A stretch of 59,710 bases of DNA, counting the filler. It is 9 parts of 9 records of this genome, joined end to end, with 100 filler letters (N's around TTAATTAATTAA, not from the genome) between each part and the next. Parts side by side here need not be neighbours in the genome. Positions count along the whole stretch, not along the records: positions 24,269 to 31,777 come from SRR31156797_92409; positions 31,878 to 41,834 come from SRR31156797_92523; 7 more parts are not named here. One strand, written 5' to 3'. Positions within the stretch are counted from its first letter, which is position 1. Every line of letters begins with the position of its first letter. The notes under the pieces are model-generated. The model saw only the letters and a list, made by a program, of their open reading frames with translations, had not been told where the DNA came from and ran no database searches. Shown here one piece after another: positions 29,453 to 38,690 of the stretch. Both the position numbers and the translations under genes were made by a program.

Positions 29453-30784
29453 TTAGAATGCATATGACAAGGAGAGGTTCACTCGTAATCCGTTCTCTTT
29501 GACTTTATCTAAGGTAGTTCGCACCTCATCTTCAACAGGGAAGAGGTCCGAATAATAGTACATGTTTTGGTAGAGCAGGATACCAACGTCCAGAGTAATG
29601 TGTTCGTTGGACCAGCCGGAACCTACGTTGATGGTCGAGCGGTTCATCTCGTTACTCATGGGATTCTTTTCGTAGGTAAAACCGAAGCGGAAAGGAATAC
29701 CCGTGAAGAACACGTGCTCGATACCTGCGCGAATGGCCCAGGAAGGAGCATATTCAGGCGAGAAAAGCGAGACCAGTGAATCGCCTGAATCAAAATAACC
29801 CGCTGCATAGCTGCGCCAGTCCGTTAGATCGAACTGAGCATAGAGCGTAGTTTTCAATTCATTGTCAGGAATATATTTCACGGATAGCGAATAGGTATTC
29901 GGCTTATCGATGATCATCTTATACGCGGAATCTGAAGAAACGCTGTAAGAGGGAAGTATTAATGATGAATCCATACCGGCGATCATTTTTGTGCCTTCCA
30001 AAGTATAAATACCGTGCAATGTTCCGTGCAATCCCAGTTGAATGCGATCAGTGACCTTAGCGGTCAGACCCAGATTCACAATAGAACCGTCGCCGCCGGT
30101 GGGATTGATCGAATAATAGGTGGTATCCGAAGAGGCTAATTTTGGATCGTTCAGTATAGGGATCACACCATATCCTTCTTCCATGCCGGAAGCAAAATAC
30201 TTGGTGTAAGCATAACCGATGGCAAAACGCTCACCGATATCATGTGCTAAAGCCAAATTGTAACCGTGTGTCATGCCATTGAATTTGACCTTGTGATATC
30301 CGGCCAGAGGGTCACGGTTATAGGCGCCGCTTCCAAGATCAGAGCGGATCTCTTCCTGATAGTCGTAATTGAAATTCTCAAAAGAATACCAACCGGCTGT
30401 TGCCGAAAAGCCTTCTTGAGAATAATAGACCGCTAGATCACCTTCGGGCTTTTGGTAGCGGTTAGAAACGTAATCGTTTTCTGCCAGGTAATCGCCAAAG
30501 CTATCCTGTACGGGGAAAGAACGGCGTTCGATCATGGAAACCATATTCAAATTGGCATAAACCTTTAAGGCATCTGCTTTTTTGTATAGCATGGCAGGGT
30601 TATTCAATCCGGCCACGGGATTTTGTTCCAGCGCCAGACTGTTGCCGCCAAGCGACAGCGATCTGGCTGTGTTCTTGGTAGCATTTTCCAAGCCCATGTA
30701 TTGGAAATAGACTTGCCCCATCAGGCTGCCTGCGCAGAGGGTTAAAACGAATATTAAAGTTAAAAGTTTACGAGTCATACTCAT
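29453..30784 (-). CDS. Outer-membrane beta-barrel protein (FadL/PorV-like)
   Basis: Signal peptide, ARSLSLGG..NNPAML N-terminal motif, C-terminal Y-x-F barrel signature. Confidence 0.75.
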   Translation of the reverse strand: MSMTRKLLTLIFVLTLCAGSLMGQVYFQYMGLENATKNTARSLSLGGNSLALEQNPVAGLNNPAMLYKKADALKVYANLNMVSMIERRSFPVQDSFGDYLAENDYVSNRYQKPEGDLAVYYSQEGFSATAGWYSFENFNYDYQEEIRSDLGSGAYNRDPLAGYHKVKFNGMTHGYNLALAHDIGERFAIGYAYTKYFASGMEEGYGVIPILNDPKLASSDTTYYSINPTGGDGSIVNLGLTAKVTDRIQLGLHGTLHGIYTLEGTKMIAGMDSSLILPSYSVSSDSAYKMIIDKPNTYSLSVKYIPDNELKTTLYAQFDLTDWRSYAAGYFDSGDSLVSLFSPEYAPSWAIRAGIEHVFFTGIPFRFGFTYEKNPMSNEMNRSTINVGSGWSNEHITLDVGILLYQNMYYYSDLFPVEDEVRTTLDKVKENGLRVNLSLSYAF

Positions 30785-30798
30785 TCCTTTATGAAAGA

Positions 30799-31777
30799 TT
30801 AAAATCGATAATCCAGTTGTAGTCTGAAATCATTGGTTGACAATCTATAGTCAAAATTGCTCAACTGGAGCTGAGTGCCGTCATCAAGCTGGATGTAGGC
30901 TTCGACGATATTCGTCTGGTCCAGGCGCGTATCAAGCGTATACTTGAAGCGCAGTGAGAGATTGTCCGTGATACGGGTGAACAGCGTAACCCAGCCGCGG
31001 AAAGCATCCACGGGAGAATCGGTGACGCGGAAATCCGTATCCTCAAAATTCCAGATAAAGCCGTTATAGACCATGCCCGAGGCGATGATCTTTAAACGAT
31101 CATTGAAGTTATGTGTAAATCCGGCTCGAATGCCCCGTGAAGGTGAACCGGCGTTTCCAACCATGGACGTTCCGCCGCTGGTAGTGTAAACCAGTCGTGC
31201 TCTCGGCGAGAATTCGGTGTAACCGTAGATCAGGTCGAAGAACAATTTATTGAATCGCGACATGCGGAATTCGTTGGTAAGAATTGTCTCATAAGAGCGG
31301 TAAACGTTCGAGGTAAAGAAATTCTCGTTATAGCGGCTTTGCCATTTCTGACGAAGACGGATACGATAATTGAATACCGGCCGGTATTCCATACGGGCGA
31401 CCAGACGATTGTATTTCGCACGGTCTGCAACACGTTCCCAGATATCGTGTTCCACTGTTGCAATAAGCGAGCGGGAAAGCTGGTAGCGCATGGAGTAGTA
31501 AAGGCCTTTTTCGGATTGCGGCTGAGAAGAACCGGAATAAAGGAATCCGTATGCATCGTCATTAAGATAATAGATGTCCTCGTAGATCGTGGTTTTGTAG
31601 CGCGCATAGTTCGAAAAAGAACGCTGGTAAGGATTATCATATTCAAGATCGTAATTTCTGTACAATGCCAGAAAATTAAAATTCTCGAATTGCCAGTACA
31701 TGTTCAAAACATATGCCCAGGCATCATCGGCAAAATTGAAGATCTTGCCGTCTTTATCAAGAATACCGACCTCGCCC
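30799..31777 (-). CDS. Outer-membrane beta-barrel protein, C-terminal part (resembles barrels fused to ComEA-type helix-hairpin-helix domains)
   Basis: Frame open to the contig edge; ALYRNYDLEYDNPY, SEKGLYY, terminal FRLQLDYRF. Confidence 0.65.
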
Positions 31778-31934
31778 NNNNNNNNNNNNNNNNNNNNNNN
31801 NNNNNNNNNNNNNNNNNNNNNTTAATTAATTAANNNNNNNNNNNNNNNNNNNNNNNNNNNNNNNNNNNNNNNNNNNNATAGTGAGTTTCCGGTCTTGTCC
31901 GGACATAAGGGTGCATCAACTTCCCAGAATTTTT

Positions 31935-32971
31935 CGTTCTGTGTCCATCAGTGAAAAACTGAAATCGTTTTCCTGCAAGGTCATTTTCGAAAATAAAGGC
32001 TATCAAAAAACAAAGAACCGCCCTAATTCCATGGCCGTTCAACGTATAGGCCCGATCTTTGAAGCAAAGATGAGCAACCGTATTGTGAACATATTTTCTT
32101 TTCCCTTTTTCACTTCTTTCGGCCTGTTGACGGGTAGTTTCCTGTCTCTTTACATTCACATCATCTATGGAAATATTCAGCGTGTTTTCAAGGTCTTCAT
32201 AGCATACAGCATTTTCCAAGACCTTGAGTCGGGTTTCTTCTTCCGGAATGCATTCTTCGGCTGCGCCTACGATGTTTTTATCAGGGAGTGTCGCGGGTTC
32301 ATCATTTGCATATGCAGGATTGTTTCCCAAGTATATGCCATCTTCGGTAAAGCATTTCTTTTTCAGAATCCTCTTTGATTTCTCATGAAGATAATCAACA
32401 ACTTTCGTGCCTTCTTTTTCTGTGTTTTCCTGTAGTGTACGATGGGGAGTTCCTCCGATTTCCTGGAAACGCATGCGATTGATCAGTCGGGATGTTCTGC
32501 GATAAGATTCTTTCGTGTCGCCATAAATCATTGCTATTTCTTTGAATCCAACGGTTCGATAAAACTCCTTTACGCTCAATTCAGGGAATAGATCACCGCA
32601 TGTATTAAATCTTTCCCCGGAATCCCCCGTACATCGGTGTGTCGTAAATTGAAAGCGTCCCACTTCACCATCAACTCGATAAGGACTGGGATTGTTCTCT
32701 ATTCCCTCGGAGCCGGCTTTTTCAAGGATTTTTTTTTGGAAAGTTCTGACAGGTGCTTTGCTATTGCGTTTCGGATAGTTGGATGAGCAGTCGCCAAAAG
32801 AGCCCTTTCACAATTGTCGATGCTTTCGCCATCCTTCTCTCCTATCGACATGCTAAAACTGCCATCATTTTCTTTTTTCAGATCATGCTCTTCTGTTTCA
32901 TCGCTGCATTCAACCACTTCAACTTTAACCTGAATCTTGTATTTTCCCATTTTGGTAGCCCTCCCGTGCAC
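31935..32971 (-). pseudogene. DDE transposase (ISKra4/ISLre2-like), two ORFs joined by a -1 shift at A9; C-terminus lost
   Basis: ORF 32699-32971 ends in LSKKK on A9 (32729-32737). The -1 frame reads ILEKAGSEGIENNPSPYRVDGEVGRFQF into the downstream ORF with ISIDDVNVKRQ and FFTDG. Confidence 0.7.
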
Positions 32972-33064
32972 GCATAGTTGGATCTACCAAATCATCGCAC
33001 TCATACGCTCTGATGTTCAACACTTTCTCACTATCATCTAAATTTCTAAGTAAACTACCAAACT

Positions 33065-33160
33065 CTAACCGCACAGGTCGCGTTTTTTCAAGCGCTTCCA
33101 GTCTCGGTAATTTCTTTTCAGTTGTTTTCTGATTATCGCTTTGATATTCTTATGATGCAT
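33065..33160 (-). pseudogene. N-terminal fragment of a different transposase, interrupted
   Basis: AAGGAG RBS then MHHKNIKAIIRKQLKRNYRDWKRLKK, which I recall as a Desulfobacterota transposase N-terminus. The frame stops after 31 codons. Confidence 0.55.
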
Positions 33161-33552
33161 GAGAAAGTCTCCTTAAAGTAAAACTATTTTGTTAAACACA
33201 TATACTTTATAGAGACTTTTTCTTGCTTAAACAACTGTTCTTATTGCTTTATGCACCAATCGTTTTAACACCCTTATGTTGTATGGCTCCATCAAAAAGG
33301 AGAACCGTAAAAACACCCGCGTTTTTTGTGCTTACCTTCGGCATTCTTGAAATATCTAGATCAGTCCAGATTCAAGATTAGGATAAAACTTTCAACATGC
33401 GAAAATTTGGTGCCAAAGCTCATTCCTTAGTATTTTCAGGAAAAGGGTACCCTCGCCCGCCGCAAAATACCTCATTTCGTTTACATCCGAAACTGGTTTT
33501 TGGTAAACTACTTAAATCCCATTTATTTTGCGCTCACGGATCCAGGTAATTG

Positions 33553-34131
33553 CTAAAATTCGCCAAGTTCAAGCTCAGCCCATTTAAACAATTTGAACTC
33601 CCGGTTGCCGTCGGTTGCCTGGTAAACTGCCTTTACAGTCACATAGTATTCATTGCCGCTGCCGCCTGAACAGGGGGGCATATAGGCACCGGCTTTATCC
33701 CAGGCCGGGTTTTTATGCGGCGCGACGGTAAAAAAGCCTTGCGGCAGATCGAAAGTATGACCGGGTACGGATGGTATAATAATCTCCTGAGTGTTTTCGG
33801 GAATTCTAAATCCGATCTTGCCATGTCCGCCGTCATCCATAGGGAAAAAGTGTCTGTCGCTGTATTCAATGACGATGAGATTCGCTCCGGGAGGAATGCC
33901 TTTAATCAGCAGACGGGGGGTGGCGGGGTTCGTGCCGCCATAGCGGCGACATTGCTGACCTGCGGGAACCGTTTTACCATCCCAGATGGAATCGACAAAA
34001 GAGACTTCGAGTTTTGGCGATCTGGAAATCGCGTCAAGATTATCGGCGGCAGAGATCTCTGTCATGAAAAGCGCCGAGACAATCAAAAAATACATCGTCA
34101 GCAACGTCCCTGATTTCATAGAAAACCTCAC
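33553..34131 (-). CDS. Exported YbhB/YbcL (PEBP)-like protein
   Basis: Signal peptide; TPRLLIKGIPPGA, AYMPPCSGGSGNEYYVTVKA. Confidence 0.6.
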   Translation of the reverse strand: MRFSMKSGTLLTMYFLIVSALFMTEISAADNLDAISRSPKLEVSFVDSIWDGKTVPAGQQCRRYGGTNPATPRLLIKGIPPGANLIVIEYSDRHFFPMDDGGHGKIGFRIPENTQEIIIPSVPGHTFDLPQGFFTVAPHKNPAWDKAGAYMPPCSGGSGNEYYVTVKAVYQATDGNREFKLFKWAELELGEF

Positions 34132-34142
34132 TCTGATCGATC

Positions 34143-34988
34143 TCAGAAACAGGCGAGCCGGAACCCATAGTTGTTGTATCTGGCTCCCGATCTGCGCCAG
34201 TAGCGGGTCGCCGAACGGCAGTACCCGGCAAGACTGTACCAGCCGCCACCGCGCAAGACACGGTAAGATCCAGAGGACGGACCTGTTGGATCGACAACAT
34301 GGCCTGCCGGATAGTCACCCAACCGGTCTTGAACCCATTCCCAGACGTTGCCGTGCATGTCGTACAAACCCCATGCATTGGGTGCGTAGCTTTTTACAGG
34401 TGCCGTAGAATCAGGAAACAACCCTTTTTCTTTCACATATGCGACACAGCGGTTTTCCCCTGATCCGGCATCGTTCTGATACATCATTTTGCTGCAAGCC
34501 GCATTGTCTCCCCAGCTAAATCGTCTCCCGCTACCCGCCCGGCAGGCGTATTCCCATTCAGCCTCGGTCGGCAGCCTGAATTTGTCGGTCCTTTCCATCT
34601 GATTCACTCTTCGAAGAAACTCCCGGATATCATCCCATGAAACCCTTTCCACCGGGCAGTTCTCGCCGCAGGCCCTGAATCCCGACGGGTTGAACCCCAT
34701 CACCGCATCCCACTGTCCCTGGGTGACTTCGGTGGTCTGCATGTAAAAACCTCTGGTCAGCGTAACTCTGTGCAGCTTTTCATCGTTGTCTCTGCCCGCT
34801 TCGCCGGATGGGCTCCCCATCATGAAGCTTCCCGGTTCGATGTAAATGAACTTCATGTTTAAGGCCTTTGCATGAAGCTCTTTTGCCTTTCGTTTAGCCT
34901 TTTCCTGCGAATAGGCGATACCGCCCAAAGACATCAGAATAAGGTTTAACAACAACAGAATTAGCGGGGGCTTAATGTTTTTGGTCAT
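34143..34988 (-). CDS. Exported FGE-sulfatase (SUMF1-like) domain protein
   Basis: FMMGSP, TEVTQGQW, RLPTEAEWEYACRAG, PNAWGLYDMHGNVWEW, RVLRGG, GFRL. Confidence 0.92.
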   Translation of the reverse strand: MTKNIKPPLILLLLNLILMSLGGIAYSQEKAKRKAKELHAKALNMKFIYIEPGSFMMGSPSGEAGRDNDEKLHRVTLTRGFYMQTTEVTQGQWDAVMGFNPSGFRACGENCPVERVSWDDIREFLRRVNQMERTDKFRLPTEAEWEYACRAGSGRRFSWGDNAACSKMMYQNDAGSGENRCVAYVKEKGLFPDSTAPVKSYAPNAWGLYDMHGNVWEWVQDRLGDYPAGHVVDPTGPSSGSYRVLRGGGWYSLAGYCRSATRYWRRSGARYNNYGFRLACF

Positions 34989-35466
34989 AGGGATTTCCCA
35001 TTGCAATGATTGGATTTTATCCGGATTGGACTGAGTTTACTATATGGTATCTCGGCAGAAAAGCCAAGGAAGATTGAGGATGTCTATAGTGGTGATTTGT
35101 AGTCATCATCGAGCATCATTCAAGATGGCAATACTTTGACAATACATGGACCCAAAGCCTTCTGGATGCCACCACAACATCGTGTGGTGCGCTGGTAGAC
35201 GATTCAAGGCGTGAAATAAAGAAGCCAGCAAGTCAGCAATAACTTGCATGATCTTTGAATCCCGCCATCTTCGAACATACCATTAGCATGTTCAACTGCA
35301 AACTATCAAGACATCCGCCCGGAGTGTAGGAGGCCGGATACCCACATATTGTGTGCCGCTTTTCAGCCGTCAGAATGGGGTATATTGAGTTCTGAAATGC
35401 TCGTATATGTCAAAAAAAAGGTTCATTCCGTCAGCGGTTGCGGCTCATGAAATAGTCATAACACCA

Positions 35467-35502
35467 TTTGTGGCTCATAAATAGATAAATATGAGCCACA
35501 AA
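35467..35502. repeat. 13-bp inverted repeat downstream of the Fic pseudogene
   Basis: TTTGTGGCTCATA-N10-TATGAGCCACAAA. Confidence 0.7.
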
Positions 35503-35527
35503 ATAGTTTGTGGCCAATTCACGCGCC

Positions 35528-36180
35528 TCAAAAAGCATCATACCCCTCTGCAATATTCAGCAGATCCGGATAGGTTATGGTTGCGGCGCGGCGGCCACTC
35601 CCCGCTTGCAGATCCCGGAGAATTCCTTCCGCCTTCAGCACACCCAGTATCCTCTTGGCCGTGGGCTGGGGATCTGGGCGGACCGCACAAAATCCGAACT
35701 TTTAAAAAATCGGCCGCTCAAAAACCCAGTCCAAAGCGTGAATGGCATACTGAGAATGGGTCAGGTCGACAAAGCGAATTTTCATTGCGTTATAAAGGTC
35801 AAGGATCGCCTGAGCTTTGAGGAGGTTCTCCTCCGCCTGAATTTGAACGACCTTGAGGAAAAACGCACACCAGCCGGACCAGTCGCCGTTGCGGGAGACG
35901 GCAAGCAAACGCCCGTAATATTCATCGCGATTCTTTTCCAGGTAGGCACTGATGTAAAACATCGGTTGCTGGATAATCCCGGCTTGATACAAAAACAGGG
36001 GGATCATCATGCGCCCCAAACGGCCGTTGCCGTCCAAAAACGGATGCAGGGCCTCAAACTCCGCATGAAGCAGGGACAATTGAACCAACCGGTCCTGAGC
36101 ATCCTCGTGAATAAATCTTTCCCAACGCGACATGGCCTCGGGCAGCTTGTCCGCTGCAATCGGTACAAAACTGGCCTCCT
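35528..36180 (-). pseudogene. Fic family AMPylase pseudogene (5' part missing, two frameshifts)
   Basis: Canonical HPFLDGNGRLGR. An extra T near 35704-35709 creates TAA, and a -1 indel near 35668-35671 restores the frame to the C-terminal TAKRIL..SGRR..LLNIAEG. Confidence 0.8.
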
Positions 36181-36268
36181 CATTTGTTTTGTTTCTTCCC
36201 TGTCATATTTGCTTTTCAGCGCTTCTCAACCATGACGAATGAATTTTTAAAATTGAGTATGGATTGAC

Positions 36269-36610
36269 TTATAGCAACTTCTTTTCAGCAAAAAGGAGGA
36301 TTTCTTCCAACTGTTCATCCGTGGGTTCACGGTCAATGAACAGCCTCACCAGCTTCCGAATCTTGGAATTTTTTTTAACAAGTGACGCTATTTCCGGATC
36401 GGTGGAAGCCGAAAGACGAAACAGGACATCCGGATCAGCCGCGAGAATTCTGGCCAGAGATTTGATAATTTCGGGTTTGGGCGGGTTTTCTTTGTTTCTC
36501 TCTATTCTGCTTAAATAGGATGGGGAGATGGAGACGGCAACCGCGGTTTCGCGGAGCCCCATTCTTTGAGCCACCCTTAACTCCCTTAACGTGTCGCCAA
36601 AACTGGTCAT
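36269..36610 (-). CDS. XRE-family HTH transcriptional regulator
   Basis: FGDTLRELR..LRETA..ISPSYLSRIER; GGAGG RBS. Confidence 0.9.
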   Translation of the reverse strand: MTSFGDTLRELRVAQRMGLRETAVAVSISPSYLSRIERNKENPPKPEIIKSLARILAADPDVLFRLSASTDPEIASLVKKNSKIRKLVRLFIDREPTDEQLEEILLFAEKKLL

Positions 36611-36626
36611 GGCACCCTCCAAATGC

Positions 36627-36642
36627 AGTGTTGCGCAACACT
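36627..36642. promoter_or_regulatory. Perfect 16-bp palindrome, probable autoregulatory operator of the XRE gene
   Basis: AGTGTTGCGCAACACT immediately upstream of the RBS. Confidence 0.65.
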
Positions 36643-36815
36643 AAACAATCCGATGGACGGTCAAGCACTTTATAGGCTATTCCGGAAACGGATTGGCATA
36701 CGGTTTCAAACATGTTTTAAGTGACCCTCCTTGATTCCGCTGACAATATATACGATACTTAATAGCAAAAAAATTGGATTTGGCTAATGAAGGTCGAAAA
36801 GAAAAATAGAAGTAA

Positions 36816-37607
36816 ATGGAAATACAGCAGCAAGATGAATCAGGAAAAGGGCCGAAAGAGGTAAGCAGAGATATTACCGTTACCTTCCTGGGCACGGGGG
36901 ATGCCTTCGGTCACGGAGGGCGTTTGCAGCCCTGCATCATGGTGGAAACGTCTTTGCGCCGCTTTCTGGTGGATTGCGGTACCACGGCCACCCTCGCCAT
37001 GCATCGATACGGTATTGTACCCAACGACATTGAATTGATCCTCATTTCCCACCTGCATGGGGATCATTTCGGGGGGCTCCCTTTTTTTATCCTGGATGCC
37101 CAACTGCATGGCAAAAGACGTGAGCCTCTGACCATCGTCGGTCCCGAAGGAACCGGGGAGCGATTAAAAGCAGCCATGGAAATCATGTTTCCGGGCTCTT
37201 CTAAAATCGAACGGCAGTTTTCCGTGAAAATCGTGGAATTTCAACCGGAAATCCCCTGGCGTTACCATGAAATAACGGTCCATTCACTTGCAGTGATCCA
37301 TCCCAGCGGGAGCCCGGCCCTGGCCTTTCGGCTTGAAATCAACGATAGAGTGATCGCCTATACCGGAGATACCCAGTGGTTTGACGGTCTCATTCCCATC
37401 TTGAAAAATGCGGACCTGCTGATCGCCGAAAGCTATTTCTATGAGAAACCCATCAAATATCATCTCAATTACCGAACGCTTATGGATCAACAGGCGGTGC
37501 TGAAACCAAGGAAACTCCTGTTCACCCACATGAGCCAGGATATGTTGGATCGGTTGGATAAGATCGATACAGAGGCAGCCTATGACGGCCTTAAAGTTGG
37601 TATTTAG
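36816..37607 (+). CDS. MBL-fold metallo-hydrolase (RNase Z/ElaC-like)
   Basis: FLGTGDAFG, VDCG, SHLHGDHFGG, YTGDT, THM. Confidence 0.9.
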   Translation: MEIQQQDESGKGPKEVSRDITVTFLGTGDAFGHGGRLQPCIMVETSLRRFLVDCGTTATLAMHRYGIVPNDIELILISHLHGDHFGGLPFFILDAQLHGKRREPLTIVGPEGTGERLKAAMEIMFPGSSKIERQFSVKIVEFQPEIPWRYHEITVHSLAVIHPSGSPALAFRLEINDRVIAYTGDTQWFDGLIPILKNADLLIAESYFYEKPIKYHLNYRTLMDQQAVLKPRKLLFTHMSQDMLDRLDKIDTEAAYDGLKVGI

Positions 37608-37981
37608 TCGGCCTCATCCCCCCAGATAGGCTTTTTCCACCTGTGGGAATTCCGGGGTGAGGATTCAAAACAGCGCCTCGGTCACCGTCGTTGCCCCTGA
37701 AATCGATTTCGTGCCGGGATTCCGCACGGAACCGGGATCGGTGCTGAAAACGCGGCAGAACTGATGGGAGAAGTGACCTTCCATACCACGACACATCACA
37801 TGGTGCATCGTTCCAGTCTTCAAATACAGTTCGCCGTCTTTCCAGGAAATTTCATACCGTTTGAGAGTGAAGAGAGAATTGAGGGAAAAGACAGATTGCC
37901 GGAGGAAACCGGACCGCATCAATTCACAATTCAAGATGTAACCACATTTTTCCGGGACAGGAAAATAAGCAACGCGATTTT

Positions 37982-38140
37982 TGCCGTCTAAGCGGTAAAT
38001 TTAATTGCATAGTGCCTTCCAGGCAACAATAGTCAAATAATGCATTGACAAAATACCGCCAAAGCGGTAATTCAAGGCTAATTCATCCGTTTCATTTCAA
38101 TCTTGAGTTTAAAAGCCCTTAGGTTGCCGTTATGCCGGTT
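37982..38140 (+). promoter_or_regulatory. Three T(A/G)CCG-N6-CGGT(A/T) operators and a sigma70 -35 element of the hip operon
   Basis: TGCCG-tctaag-CGGTA at 37982, TACCG-ccaaag-CGGTA at 38054 (right after TTGACA at 38045-38050), and TGCCG-ttatgc-CGGTT at 38125 overlapping the ATG. Confidence 0.7.
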
Positions 38141-38392
38141 AATATAAACGCAGAAACAACCCGGAAAATTGGCCGTATCGTCCGGTTCCACCGCAAAGAG
38201 GCCGGGCTGGTCCGGATAGATTTGGCCGATATTGCAGGGGTGGGAAAGACGGTTGTCTATGATATCGAAAACGGTAAAGAAACAGTAAGGCTGAATACCC
38301 TTTTAAAGGTCTTGGGAGCGCTCAATGTCTCCATATTCCTGGACAGTCCCTTGATGGATCGTTACAAGGCGGATGACGATGCGGAGGGCTGA
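38132..38392 (+). CDS. hipB: HipB-like HTH antitoxin/regulator
   Basis: RKEAGL..LADIAGVGKTVVYDIENGK..LNTLLKVL; first gene of the hip triplet. Confidence 0.85.
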   Translation: MPVNINAETTRKIGRIVRFHRKEAGLVRIDLADIAGVGKTVVYDIENGKETVRLNTLLKVLGALNVSIFLDSPLMDRYKADDDAEG

Positions 38393-38690
38393 TGTGTTCA
38401 TGCACGACCTCCATGCTGGCATTCTGGAGGAAATCGCGCCGCGGACGGCCTTCCGGTTTACCTATGACTCGACCTATGACGGGCCTCCGGTTTCTCTGAC
38501 AGCGCCTGTCAGACCTGAGCCATACGGGTATGATACGTTCCCGCCTTTCCTGGAGGGGCTGCTGCCCGAAGGGTACAACCTGGAAGCCCTCCTTCGCGCC
38601 CTGAAGATCGACCGGCAGGATCTTTTCAGCCAGTTGCTGGCGGTGGGAGGGGATATGGTGGGTGCGGTGACGGTGCGGGAGGCCGAATGA
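38373..38690 (+). CDS. HipA N-terminal domain protein (HipS-like)
   Basis: AGILEE..FRFTYD..PPVSLT..FPPFLEGLLPEG..DMVGAV. Start could be 38379. Confidence 0.85.
   Translation: MTMRRADVFMHDLHAGILEEIAPRTAFRFTYDSTYDGPPVSLTAPVRPEPYGYDTFPPFLEGLLPEGYNLEALLRALKIDRQDLFSQLLAVGGDMVGAVTVREAE

Larger units (their letters stand above)
31903..33279. mobile_element. Composite defective IS: outer element with 11-bp terminal IRs enclosing a truncated second IS
   Basis: ACATAAGGGTG at 31903-31913 and CACCCTTATGT at 33269-33279. Contains a transposase N-terminal fragment and a frameshifted, truncated DDE transposase. Confidence 0.6.

Noticed and set aside
33290-33550. Non-coding stretch that may be a MITE remnant
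   Set aside because: No convincing terminal repeats or second copy within the window.
34143-34270. FGE/C-type-lectin-fold C-terminus resembling a diversity-generating retroelement variable region
   Set aside because: No template repeat copy and no reverse transcriptase are visible in this contig.
35510-36235. 241-aa plus-strand ORF
   Set aside because: It is an antisense shadow of the Fic pseudogene.
37665-37985. Short minus-strand frame with 'GTMHHVMCRGME' (RAYT-like N-terminus) and 'NGYILNCELMRSGF' (thermonuclease-like)
   Set aside because: The matches are too short and degenerate to call genes; at most this is pseudogene debris.
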